A DNA stretch of 63,815 bases, the filler included, from Octopus bimaculoides (taxonomy: Eukaryota): assembly GCF_001194135.2 (NCBI RefSeq). It is 4 parts of 4 records of this genome, joined end to end, with 100 filler letters (N's around TTAATTAATTAA, not from the genome) between each part and the next. Parts side by side here need not be neighbours in the genome. Positions count along the whole stretch, not along the records: positions 17,543 to 33,536 come from NC_068988.1; positions 33,637 to 60,720 come from NC_068996.1; 2 more parts are not named here. One strand, 5' to 3'. This document shows positions 25,950 through 37,789 of this stretch, piece after piece. Position 1 is the stretch's first letter. The number at the start of each line of letters is the position of its first letter. A program made the translations under genes and the position numbers. The notes beneath the pieces are model-generated. The model was not told the DNA's origin and ran no database searches. It saw only the letters and a list, made by a program, of their open reading frames with translations.

Positions 25950-26230
25950 GTGCAAGCCTAGCTAAGTGCTTAAGAAGCTCGCTTTGCACCTATATGTACG
26001 GGAGCATGGGCAAATGTATTTTAATATAGGTCCGGGCCAACCAATGCCTTGTGAGAGAAATTGGTAGACAGAAACGGGAAGCCTGTCACGTGTGCATGCA
26101 CGTACGATTATATATATGTTTGTGTGTATGTGTGTGTGTTCCCCCACCGCTTGACAACTTGTTGGTTTATCTTTGGCGGTTCGGTAAAAAGGTACGATAA
26201 AATAACTACAAGTCTTGAAAAAAGATAATA
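25950..26230 (+). mobile_element. SINE family B, degenerate
   Basis: GCCTTGTGAG..AATTGGTAGAC and CCCACCGCTTGACAAC blocks. Confidence 0.7.
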
Positions 26231-26238
26231 AATATAAT

Positions 26239-26845
26239 GGACTTTTTCTGTTTGGCTGCACTTGTGGATATTTTCAAGTTTAGTGAAAATTTTTAAATTT
26301 GGTATATTGATGTAATTTTCTACGTTGAATCTCAGGAGATAATTTACTTTTTCCAGAAATTAAAAGAAAAAATGTTACTGAGGCTTGATAATTGGCGGAA
26401 TTCTGCTTTATGCACGCTATATAACCTCTCAAAACTTTTTTGCGAATTTGTATTCTATGCACGAGAATTCATAGGATTATGCAAAAAAAAGAAATTTGGT
26501 GCGTGATTTAAGGCCTATTTTGCTATTATATTTCGTACATCTCACGACCACCTTGCGTTTTAAGCATTTAATAAACGAAAAGTGACCACGTGGGGAAGCA
26601 GCTTGGTAACAGCTTGGTTTGTTACTATGGAAACAGGCGCCTATATTGTCTGTGGCTTTCGATTGGTTAAAATTACCCAAAATTTGCAAACTTTAAAATC
26701 TATTAACTTTTTATTTATTGATTTACGGCGAAAATGAATTTCATGTCAAGATTACCATACAAAATTACATCATTACACCAAATATGAAATCAGTTGGAGC
26801 AAAAATTGAGGAAATTGAAAAGTGGCTGGCAAACAAAAAACGATC
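26239..26845. mobile_element. MITE-like element with ~115-bp imperfect terminal inverted repeats
   Basis: TTTGGTATATTGATGTAATTTT (~26298-26319) vs AAAATTACATCATTACACCAAA (~26760-26781). Weaker pairing extends to both ends. Confidence 0.6.
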
Positions 26846-27806
26846 CAAAAAAACTTACTGGGGTCAAATTGGTCGACTAAAACCCCTCAAGGTAGTGCCC
26901 CAGGATGGCCGCTGTCCAATGACTGAAACGAGTAAAAAAAAAAAAATAGATGAAAGATTCAATGAGTCTATGCTAATACAATTATATGGTCTTAAAAATT
27001 AAGGAAATACAAAGTCTAACGTAAGCCGAATGCATATTAGACGTTGGTTAACCATTACAAAACGAAGGCATGTATATTGGTTCTGGAGAACGGGTACAAA
27101 ATGGAACATAACTAAGATGAGTGAATTGTTTTGGAAAGTAGAGAGCAAGTAAAAAAAAAAGAGAGGTAAAAAAGGGAGATAAACATGTGTAATCGCTCAT
27201 GTTTGTATGCAAAAGCAAATATGTGCATACATGCAGAAAAAGCCCCTGTTAGAGAGAAGTAGGGTAACAAATTTGAGTATTGAATTGCAAATCTTCCGAA
27301 TATTTCCTAAACAAATGTGAATGTACTAAGGGTTATGCTTGAATGTTATATATATGTTATAGAAATGGTACATGAAAATATACATAAACATTCAGAAATA
27401 TTATATAACACAAACTTATACGCATATAAAGATAAAGGTATATATATAAAGCAAAGTATATAAAAAAAATATGCATTAATTAATGCTTGTATGGAGAAAA
27501 TTAGAACTGAAATTAAATGTTAAGTGCATATATATGAGTGAAAATATTGGAGTCAAGTGCATTGAAGGGTTTAGGCTGTGAGGATTTAGTGGTAGTAAGA
27601 TTAACAAGTTTTAGTGTAAATTAACTTATATGCATAGATATACACAAACTCATATATATAATCTATGCGCGCGTACATGTGCATACATATATGTATGTAT
27701 ATANNNNNNNNNNNNNNNNNNNNNNNNNNNNNNNNNNNNNNNNNNNNNNNNNNNNNNNNNNNNNNNNNNNNNNNNNNNNNNNNNNNNNNNNNNNNNNNNN
27801 NNNNNN

Positions 27807-27867
<61 letters not shown>

Positions 27868-27904
27868 CTGTGTCTGTGTCTGTATGCATATGTAAACATG
27901 TAAC

Positions 27905-28190
27905 TTGATAGTGTATTCGGCTCACGATCCCAGAGCGCATGGTATTCTTGAACAAGACATTTTATTTCATCTTCCTCCAGTACACTGAGCTGGCAAAAAA
28001 GAGTAGTATCTTTAATTCAATGGGCCAGCCTTGTCACTTTCTGTGTCATGCTGAATCTCGTGGAAAGAACTAACGTTATGAGTACGCGTGTCTGTGGAGT
28101 ACTCAGCTACTTGCACCTTAATTTCACGAACGGGCTATTCCGTCGATCAAATAAATTAGAGCACTGGCTGTCGCAACCGATGTATATACG
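27905..28190 (+). mobile_element. SINE with family-C 3' half and a different, CORE-like 5' half
   Basis: GGGCCAGCCTTGTCAC...GTGTCTGTGGAGT..TCAGC.ACTTGCAC.TTAATTTCACGA shared with 37300-37410. The upstream part differs. Confidence 0.7.
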
Positions 28191-28456
28191 TATATACAGA
28201 CATATGTGTAAGTGTGTAGTTTATATATATATGTGTGTGTGTGTGTGTGTATCTGTATCTGGGTTTATGTCTGTATTGTAGCCCTTTATGTTTACTAACT
28301 TAGTCGTATATAGCGGATCGATAAAACTGAAAGCAAACTCAAGTATGTACTAGAGTCGGTATGGCTAAATAAAACTTCTCAAGACGGTGCCCCACAATGA
28401 CTACAGTTCAATGATCAGGAACAATAAATTATAATAAAAGCAATAATAATAATAGT

Positions 28457-28672
28457 AATCCTTCCTGCTGGGAGCACAAGGCCTGAAATTAGGGGGAAGG
28501 AATTAAGTCGATTACATCGACCCCAGTGCGTAACTGGTACTAATTTTATCGACTCCGAAAGGATGAACGGGAAAGTCGTTTTCAGCGGAATTTGAACACA
28601 GAACGTAACGGCAGATGAAATGCCATCAAGCATTTCGGCTGGCGTGCTAACAATTCTGCCAGTTCGCCGCCT
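28457..28672 (-). mobile_element. SINE family A1, full length, in (AAT)n
   Basis: Reverse strand starts AGGCGGCGAACTGGCAGAATTGTTAG (A-box), B-box-like GTGTTCAAATTCC, ends AGGCCTTGTGCTCC..GAAGGATTA. Confidence 0.92.
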
Positions 28673-28706
28673 TCATAATAATAATGATAATAGTAATAAT
28701 GATGAT

Positions 28707-28779
28707 AATCCTTTCTACTATGGGCACAAGGCCTAAAATTTAGCGGGAGGGACTAGTCGATCATATCGACCCCAGTGTT
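28707..28779 (-). mobile_element. SINE family A1 3' end (cut by gap)
   Basis: AATCCTTTCTACTA..GGCACAAGGCC. Confidence 0.85.
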
Positions 28780-29295
28780 NNNNNNNNNNNNNNNNNNNNN
28801 NNNNNNNNNNNNNNNNNNNNNNNNNNNNNNNNNNNNNNNNNNNNNNNNNNNNNNNNNNNNNNNNNNNNNNNNNNNNNNNNNNNNNNNNNNNNNNNNNNNN
28901 NNNNNNNNNNNNNNNNNNNNNNNNNNNNNNNNNNNNNNNNNNNNNNNNNNNNNNNNNNNNNNNNNNNNNNNNNNNNNNNNNNNNNNNNNNNNNNNNNNNN
29001 NNNNNNNNNNNNNNNNNNNNNNNNNNNNNNNNNNNNNNNNNNNNNNNNNNNNNNNNNNNNNNNNNNNNNNNNNNNNNNNNNNNNNNNNNNNNNNNNNNNN
29101 NNNNNNNNNNNNNNNNNNNNNNNNNNNNNNNNNNNNNNNNNNNNNNNNNNNNNNNNNNNNNNNNNNNNNNNNNNNNNNNNNNNNNNNNNNNNNNNNNNNN
29201 NNNNNNNNNNNNNNNNNNNNNNNNNNNNNNNNNNNNNNNNNNNNNNNNNNNNNNNNNNNNNNNNNNNNNNAAAGAAGATGATAATAATAATAGTG

Positions 29296-29485
29296 GTCCT
29301 TTCTACTGAAGGCACAAGGCCTGAAATTTGGTAGGAGGGGACTAGTCGATTACGTCGACCCAGTACGCAACTGGTACTTAATTTATCGACCCCGAAAGGA
29401 TGAAAGGCAAAGTCGACCTCGGCGTAATTCGAGCTCAGAACGTAGGGACGGGCGAAATACTGCTAAGCATTTCGTCCAGCGTGCG
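29296..29485 (-). mobile_element. SINE family A1
   Basis: Same tail and body. Flanked by AAT repeats. Confidence 0.9.
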
Positions 29486-29489
29486 AAAT

Positions 29490-29542
<53 letters not shown>

Positions 29543-30247
29543 TAACAACATACGAACTTGCATATCTATCTATCTATCTATCTATCTGTCTGTCTGTCTG
29601 TCTGTCTGTCTGCCTGTCTATGTATCCAAACACTCCCACACGCACGCACACACACACACACACAAACAAATTAACGCATGAATTATGGTTTCTTCTTCCC
29701 TTTCTACTACGGCAGTCTTGGAGATACTTCAAGTTCATTGGGTACCGTCTTTCCTCCTCCAACTTAGCCATAACAAAAATACATATTGTTTTTTTTAATT
29801 ATTCAAAAGCAGCAGATCCTACAGTCTGCTGGCATCAATGTGGTTAATGTTTTCTAATGCTTTTTCCTTACCGCATAATTATTTCTAGTTAGCCTTTTTA
29901 ATGTTCAAATATGCATTAAATATGTTAACACTAGCTTAACGTTTGTTTTTCATGCTGGTAGCGTCTTTGAGTTGTTTACTCTCTCAACATTTCTGTGTTC
30001 CTAGCTAGTGTAGTTTGTGATTTTTCTTAACACTACTTCAGCAGTTATGGCAAAATCAGTGCTTCGCTGATGAGGTTACAAAAAGACCGAAACAACTAGA
30101 GATTTATCTCCAGTGCTTACCGAAATGATTACAAAAATATTAGCCACCGACATATTGTTTTTTCTCCTCACCACATAATTATTTAATGTTCCTTGCATTA
30201 AATATTTTAACGCTATCTTGACTACTGTTTTTCATGCGGATGGAGTG

Positions 30248-30286
<39 letters not shown>

Positions 30287-32205
30287 NNNNNNNNNNNNNN
30301 NNNNNNNNNNNNNNNNNNNNNNNNNNNNNNNNNNNNNNNNNNNNNNNNNNNNNNNNNNNNNNNNNNNNNNNNNNNNNNNNNNNNNNNNNNNNNNNNNNNN
30401 NNNNNNNNNNNNNNNNNNNNNNNNNNNNNNNNNNNNNNNNNNNNNNNNNNNNNNNNNNNNNNNNNNNNNNNNNNNNNNNNNNNNNNNNNNNNNNNNNNNN
30501 NNNNNNNNNNNNNNNNNNNNNNNNNNNNNNNNNNNNNNNNNNNNNNNNNNNNNNNNNNNNNNNNNNNNNNNNNNNNNNNNNNNNNNNNNNNNNNNNNNNN
30601 NNNNNNNNNNNNNNNNNNNNNNNNNNNNNNNNNNNNNNNNNNNNNNNNNNNNNNNNNNNNNNNNNNNNNNNNNNNNNNNNNNNNNNNNNNNNNNNNNNNN
30701 NNNNNNNNNNNNNNNNNNNNNNNNNNNNNNNNNNNNNNNNNNNNNNNNNNNNNNNNNNNNNNNNNNNNNNNNNNNNNNNNNNNNNNNNNNNNNNNNNNNN
30801 NNNNNNNNNNNNNNNNNNNNNNNNNNNNNNNNNNNNNNNNNNNNNNNNNNNNNNNNNNNNNNNNNNNNNNNNNNNNNNNNNNNNNNNNNNNNNNNNNNNN
30901 NNNNNNNNNNNNNNNNNNNNNNNNNNNNNNNNNNNNNNNNNNNNNNNNNNNNNNNNNNNNNNNNNNNNNNNNNNNNNNNNNNNNNNNNNNNNNNNNNNNN
31001 NNNNNNNNNNNNNNNNNNNNNNNNNNNNNNNNNNNNNNNNNNNNNNNNNNNNNNNNNNNNNNNNNNNNNNNNNNNNNNNNNNNNNNNNNNNNNNNNNNNN
31101 NNNNNNNNNNNNNNNNNNNNNNNNNNNNNNNNNNNNNNNNNNNNNNNNNNNNNNNNNNNNNNNNNNNNNNNNNNNNNNNNNNNNNNNNNNNNNNNNNNNN
31201 NNNNNNNNNNNNNNNNNNNNNNNNNNNNNNNNNATATATGTATGTGTGTACATACATATGCACATTCGCACGCACACACACACACACACACTAACACACT
31301 CATATATGTATATAGGTGTCGAAATTGTGATGATATTTGGCTGATAACAGACGAAGGACGGGGTATGTCAGCTTCCAATGTGTGTGTTTTTCCGCATGAT
31401 TCTTTGTTGTCTATCTGTGCCACATCATATATATATATATATATATATTGACAGAGAGAAAGAGTGTGAGAGAGAGAGAGAGAGAGGAAGAGGGATTGCG
31501 TTACGTATAATTTACTAAAATAGTGGGGTAGTGGAAAGCGTTGTGGTTGTGTTGTGTACGTAAACTTTGGCGGAGAGCTGAAAGGAAATAAATCTATCAT
31601 GTGCTTCAGAAATGGAAGCTAAATAGGGATAAGTGGACACGGTTGTCGTAGAATGGAGGCTTTTGATACAAAAACACACCAAGTTGGTGGTCGCCGTTAG
31701 ATCTGATGCTTATTTCATCATCTCTTGTTTCTGTTTTAAGTCAGTAGACAAACAAACATACATACACAAAGGAGAGGAGTGAATGTGTCTGTGTGTATGT
31801 ATGTATGTATGTATGTATGTATATGTGCCTGTGAATATACAGAAACGTATACATATATCCTTTCCAGTTCAAATATAGGTATGTGTGTGTGCATGTGCAC
31901 GCATACGCACACACACATTGACACGCACACGTATATGCATACATGAACTAGAAAGTAGTTTTGTAATGACTACCAGAACGTTTGCAGTTCCAGTTTTTAT
32001 TTCATGTGTTAGTATGTAGACAAACACACATGTCTGTCCGTTTTATCTGTCTGTTTGTCTGTCTGCCTGCCTGTCATTTATGTGTTAGTATATATCATGC
32101 ACACACACATATGCATACACACACACGCACACACACAACACTCTTACACTCACACGTGTATATATACAAACACATAAAAGTCACTCTCCTTTCTCTATAT
32201 ATTTT

Positions 32206-32285
<80 letters not shown>

Positions 32286-32345
32286 TATATATATTTACAT
32301 ATATCTGTGTATACACACGCGCAAATTATATGTATATGTGCCAAC

Positions 32346-33320
32346 TATAGAAACCTCGAAGTAGATCAGCAGTTTTATGAGGAGGTGACTTCGCTTACCA
32401 CGGAACCTAAGCAATGTCGCTTTGTACGGATCGACCAACACCTTTCTGCAGCCACTGTGAAAGGCTCGTAGTGTTAGGAACAAGGAAAGCTATGAAGTAC
32501 ACAGGTTCCAGGAGCACCAAAGTAGCAGAAGCTGGCATTGGAGTTTGCAGAGGTAGAAAGGAGAGTGCTGCCAGGGAGTTGCAGTCAGCAGAGAAATGAG
32601 TGAATCGGAGAGTTGTTGTTTGGTGCTGGTGGTGATAGAGCTCCAGCAAGCTTAGGTGACTTTTTAGTCTACCAGATTGGAAGCAGCAAAGGAAAAGAGC
32701 CACATCTCCAAGAAGAAGTCCGTGAAGGCGTAGAAGAAGCTCAGGCTAGCAGTATGATGGAAATCAGCCAGGAAGGAGTCTGGACAAGGTAGGCCAACAT
32801 ACAGCAACAGAACATCATTTGGATAGATCTGTGTCATACTGACATTGAGCGCATCAAATTTCTGATCCAGGTTGTCTTCGGCAATTTATCAAGTCCGATA
32901 AACCTTTTCACATGGGATAAGAGCGAAACCCTCCTGTCCCTCGTGTACTGAAAGAGTGCTCCTTCAGTATTTTCTCAGCAGCTGCCACAGAGCCTTGACC
33001 AATGTCTGTTACAGCTGATAACATGATCAGGTACACTTAAAGTTCCTAGAGCACAACGTCCTTCCGCTCAGACTTAGCGATCTTCTCAAATTTCACCAAA
33101 CAGGCGACCTAACTGAAGGGAACTAACTGAACACCCAAGGAAGGTTCTTGAGAGAAATATATACCTGCCAAATACCTGGAACCAGTAAAACTTTGTAGAA
33201 AACAGGGCTAGAAGGCATGTAGCCGGACAATAGAAGTACCTAGCCAGGGTTTTGTTGGGCGTTCACTCTCCAAAGGTCTGACTAAGCTTGGAGTTACTAG
33301 TGCAGCAAAGTAAAGGGCTG
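32346..33320 (+). mobile_element. HERO/NeSL-like LINE relic (thumb, CCHC, partial RLE)
   Basis: LPRNLSNVALYGSTN, KVAEAGIGV..GRK.SAARELQSAE, LQEEVREGVEEA, EGVWTR, IKFLIQVV...SP.NLFTW.KSE, FLSSCHRAL, CRKQG.KA, QGFVGRSL. Confidence 0.8.
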
Positions 33321-33321
33321 C

Positions 33322-33485
33322 AGATTCCGGGCGTGACTGTGTGGTAAGAAGCTTACTTCCCAACCACATGTTTCCGGGTTCAGTCACACCGCACGGCACC
33401 TACTACACCTACTACTTTAGCCTCGGGCCGACCAAAGCCATGCGGATTTGGTAGACGGAAACTGTAAGAAGCCCGTTGTATACAC
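33322..33485 (+). mobile_element. SINE family B head
   Basis: GTGACTGTGTGGTAAGAAGCTT...CCGGGTTCAGTC. Confidence 0.85.
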
Positions 33486-33495
33486 ACACACACAC

Positions 33496-33536
<41 letters not shown>

Positions 33537-33959
33537 NNNNNNNNNNNNNNNNNNNNNNNNNNNNNNNNNNNNNNNNNNNNTTAATTAATTAANNNNNNNN
33601 NNNNNNNNNNNNNNNNNNNNNNNNNNNNNNNNNNNNAGGTTTCCATGAGAAAATGAAAGAGATAGACAAATAGAGAGAGAGAGAGAGAGAAATCTTTTCT
33701 GTTGCTGCTACAGATTTAAAAATTTTTAAATTACGTGCAAATTTTAAAATTTAGTATATGGATGTACTCTTTCTTGATAAATCTGAGTTTGTGATTAATT
33801 CATTCCAGAATAATTTAAGAAAAATGTTACAGAGGTTCAAAATTTGACCATTTTTACCCAATTAGAATTTAGAAGCTAAGCATTTTGTGCATAAGCAGTG
33901 TATCATAAAATGAAAGTAAACATTAGAAGATGAAGTTTTAAGCAAAATGTAAGTTATGC

Positions 33960-34279
33960 ACTAGTGATCACTTGAAACACCATGGTGTTGACTGGATGTT
34001 TGATTTTCATCACTCTTGGTACATTTGTTTTGAGGACACAGCAAGCCAATAGTTGTTCTGTGTGTTTACCATATATTTATATTGGAGCTTCCGGCATGAA
34101 TGCCAAGCAGTACAGTATGTTGTTTCTAAATTTCTGGAAGACTGAATTGCACCATGGCGCTGCTTTTCTCACAGACGGTGCCCAACTGACCCTACTATAT
34201 GGTGTAGTCAAAATCAAAAACAATGTGCATGAGTGAAAGTAAAAATATAAAATGGCGACAATTTACCCACCGAACCCTG
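33960..34279 (-). mobile_element. Tc1/mariner-superfamily (maT-like) transposon relic with one TIR
   Basis: Reverse strand begins TA-CAGGGTTCGGTGGGTAAATTGTCGCC and encodes NTQNNYWLAVS..VPRVMKIKHPVNTMVF.VITS (WxxxxxP..K.P..MV region). Internally deleted. Confidence 0.65.
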
Positions 34280-34741
34280 TAATATATATCTGTGTGTGTG
34301 TGATGGACTCTCTTGTCGTTAGACAACATATGAGGGTTCAACAATATCTTATCGAACAACCACACAGATGATTTGTTTATAGTGATCGAATGTTTGTGTA
34401 GACATAAGCTCACTCCTTCCATCAAATCAACATTACCTGTACAGGTGCAATGGGTACCACATGTCAGATGTCAAAATGATTGCAGAGCAACATGAATTGA
34501 AGTGCTCTGCTCAAGAACACAATGCTACACCCAGTCTGGGAATCGAACTCCCAATCTCACAATCATGAATGCAACACCTTAACCACTAAGCCATGTATGT
34601 TCACAAACATATCTTCATCACTATGCTACCCTCCTCCCCCTTCACTAGGCTTATAACAGTCTGCATCAGACTGTCTGTACTCAATACGCTCTTCTTGACC
34701 CTATGTATACTGACATCTGTTACTGCCTTTGTGCCACTTCT

Positions 34742-34969
34742 CATATCTTTATTGCCCACAAGGGGCTAAACATAGAGGGGACAAACAAGGACAGACAAAG
34801 GGATTAAGTCGATTACATCGACCCCAGTGCGTAATTGGTACTTAATTTATCGACCCCGAAAGGATGAAAGGCAAAGTCGACCTCGGCGGAATTTGAACTC
34901 AGAACGTAAATCAGACGAAATACCGCTAAGCATTTCACCCGGCAGGGTAACGTTTCTGCCAGCTCACCA
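34742..34969 (-). mobile_element. SINE family A2, intact, 14-16 bp TSD
   Basis: CCTTTGTGCCACTTCT at 34726-34741 and 34970-34985. Confidence 0.95.
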
Positions 34970-35201
34970 CCTTTGTGCCACTTCTGTTTTGTTGTCCAGC
35001 TAACTACTTAAACAATATTAAAAACTGCTGTCATTCACTTTAAATCATCCAGTTAACATCCTTCTCCACCATAAGCCAAGAATCTAAAAAGATATATTGT
35101 AATACTGGTAATACTGGAGTTGTCAGAACGGGACCATATTTCCAGGAAATCTCTGCATTTCAGCAGCAACTCTGCTTGGAAGAATGATATTGGTTTCAAA
35201 C

Positions 35202-35418
35202 TTTGGCACAAGACCAGTGAGTTTGATGGCGGGGGTGGGGGTAAGTTGATTACATCAAAACCCAATGTTCAACTGGTACTTATTTTATCAATCCCAAAAG
35301 GGTGAAAGGCAAAGTCAGCCCTGGTGGTATTCCAACTCAAGTGTAAAGCTGGAAGAAATGCTGCTAGGCACTTTTTTTTTATATTGTTCATAGTAACAAT
35401 TCTACCAGCTCACTGCCC
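35202..35418 (-). mobile_element. SINE family A1, degenerate
   Basis: Same body as other A copies. Confidence 0.8.
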
Positions 35419-35630
35419 TAAATGGATAAACGGTATTAACAATTCATTTGATGTCATGATGGGTTGCTTTGGTGGAGCAGAGGTTTGAGTTCTGTTCGAA
35501 TTGTTTGTCCTAAGTAAGCTAAAATTTAGCTCTCACTCTTTGGACATAAGCTTGTACACAGTCGATTGTTTAGCTATTTCTAACAAAATAAAGGAATATA
35601 ACATAACTAAAATATGGCCCAGATTTACCA

Positions 35631-35852
35631 CTTGGCAGAATCATTAGCTTGCCAGGTGAAATGCTTAGCAGCATTTTGTCTACCTTGACATTCTGAGTTC
35701 AAATCCCACCAAGGTTGACTTTGCCTGTCACCCTTTTCGGGTTGATAAATTAAGTACCAGTGAAACACTGGGTTGATGTAATCTAATAATTCCCCCCCCC
35801 CCACTTCCACCCAAATTTTAGGCCTTGTGCCTTTAATAGAAAGGATTATTAT
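35631..35852 (+). mobile_element. SINE family A1
   Basis: TGGCAGAATCATTAG A-box, GAGTTCAAATCCC B-box, tail AGGCCTTGTGCCTTTAATAGAAAGGATTATT. Confidence 0.9.
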
Positions 35853-35889
35853 ACGAGTACCAGATGTCCCATTCTTGAACAGCTCAACT

Positions 35890-36080
35890 TATTCATGATC
35901 TTCATCTACTATCCTTCCCTAGAATTCACTTGTTTCTACAAACCCACCCACCTGCACTCCTCTCTTGACTTCCTCTTATCCCGTCCCTCACTCACACAAA
36001 ACATACCATTCTTTCCTCCCAGCTCCTTCTCTTCCACTACCTCTGCAGTTGTGACCATCCATGGCTCTGAGATCTAATCT
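35890..36080 (+). mobile_element. Penelope-like RT thumb fragment (decayed)
   Basis: FYKPTHLHSSLDFLLSRPS..N.IPF then QLLLFHYLCS resembles the PLE YxKPTxxxxYLxxxSxHP...SQxLRxxRxCS region. Confidence 0.45.
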
Positions 36081-36326
36081 CAGCACATTTCACTCTCTTA
36101 CCCCAACTGTAGCTAAAACCACCAGCACCATAATGGCACCATCATGTCTGCCATTTCACTGCCCTACACCAACTATATTACATCTGTTTCCCTTCACTTC
36201 CATCTCTCCATGTTATCTCTCCTAAACTCCATCCTATTACCACAACCATTTCTTCATATTTGACCCAACACTTCCCCTGGCCTCTCTAATCAGACTTTTC
36301 TCCGTTTTTTAAATAAGCCAGTTTAA

Positions 36327-36723
36327 TGCTTTAGCATTTAAACTGACCATATCTGGCCCAAATATTCTTGTTTTACGTTCAAACTAGCTAGATCTAGTTT
36401 ATTACACCTACCCTACAATGTCATTTTAAAACTAAGGTGCCACATAATCAAAATCTAAGTTACAAAATAGAAATAACAGCATGATTGATTCAAAACAGTG
36501 AGAGTAAATAAACATTACATTTGACAGAATAATGTGAAAGCAAAAGTGTTAAACAGGACTTAGCCAACCCACATCATATCATCAAAGCTATTACATAGCC
36601 TTGATGATCTTTATTTTTAGAATGACGTTGTAGAATAGGTGTGAGAAGACAGATCTGGTCAATTTGAACATAGAACAAGGTAGAATATTTGGGCCAGATA
36701 TTGCCAGCTTAAAAGCTAAGGGG
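36327..36723. mobile_element. piggyBac-like MITE family G: plus copy (36327-36548) and inverted partial copy (~36595-36723)
   Basis: TTAA flanks at 36323, 36549 and 36724. Homologous to 55113-55363 and 58833-59031. Confidence 0.78.
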
Positions 36724-36865
36724 TTAAGAATGAAGGGTCCAAAATACAAGATATTTGTACAAGGAGATTTCTTCGTTCCACTATGAAACGAAAATAATTT
36801 AACTTTCGATTTTTGTTAGTTGTTTGTGTTGTTTTGGGATTATTTCCATGTAAGTCTCTTAAGTA

Positions 36866-36898
<33 letters not shown>

Positions 36899-37041
36899 AC
36901 ATGTTTCTGTGAATGTGTACAAGTGTACAGGCATGTGTGTTGAAGCATATGTATGTACAAATATGCAAGTGCACATGTGTGTGTGGGCATAAGCATATAT
37001 ATGTATTTGTATGTATATGTACGTTTATGTTTGTATATGAA

Positions 37042-37090
<49 letters not shown>

Positions 37091-37091
<1 letters not shown>

Positions 37092-37471
37092 GAGGCGCAA
37101 TGGCCCAGTGTTTAGGGCAGCGGACTCGTGGTCATAGGATCACGGTTTCGATTCCCAGACCGGGCGTTGTGAGTGTTTATTGAGCGAAAACACCTAAAGC
37201 TCCACGAGGCTCCGGCAGGGGGTGGTGGTGAACCCTGCTGTACTCTTCCACCACAACTTTCTCCCACTCTTACTTCCTGTTTCTGTTGTACCTGTAATTC
37301 AAAGGGCCAGCCTTGTCACACTATGTCACGCTGAATATCCACGAGAACTATGTTAAGGGTACACGTGTCTGTGGAGTGCCCAGCCACTTGCACGTTAATT
37401 TCACGAGCAGGCTGTTCCATTGATTGGATCAACTGGAACCCTCAACATCGTAAGCGACGGAATGCTAACAA
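37091..37471 (+). mobile_element. SINE family C, full length
   Basis: A-box TGGCCCAGTG(T)TTAG at 37101, B-box GGTTTCGATTCCC at 37144-37156. 3' half recurs at 28010-28190. Confidence 0.88.
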
Positions 37472-37496
37472 TATATATATATATATATATATAGAC

Positions 37497-37655
37497 ACAA
37501 GTGTGATTGTGTGGTAAAAAGTTTGCTTTTCCAATCATATGGTTCTGGATTCAGTCTCACTGTGTAGTACCTTGGCCAAGTGTCACTACTATAGCCTCAT
37601 GCTAATCAAAGCCTTGTGAATGGATTTGATAGACAGAAATGACAAGGAACCTGCC
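37497..37655 (+). mobile_element. SINE family B head
   Basis: GATTGTGTGGTAAAAAG...GGATTCAGTCTCACTG...CCTTGGCCAAGTGTC. Confidence 0.8.
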
Positions 37656-37728
37656 ATATTTGTGTGTTTGTATGTTTATATTACTTAATATTTATTTACT
37701 TATTTATATATATAGATATGTATATACA

Positions 37729-37775
<47 letters not shown>

Positions 37776-37789
37776 CTTTGTTTCTCACC

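Noticed and set aside
30179-31600. Long ORFs such as the 473-aa and 405-aa calls (also at 2954, 10012, 21085, 28761, 40010, 43312, 55841)
   Set aside because: They are open only because they run through N gaps.
37091-37160. tRNA genes at SINE 5' ends (also 23909, 35631, 49686)
   Set aside because: A/B boxes are present but no complete cloverleaf, and each continues into a repeated SINE body.
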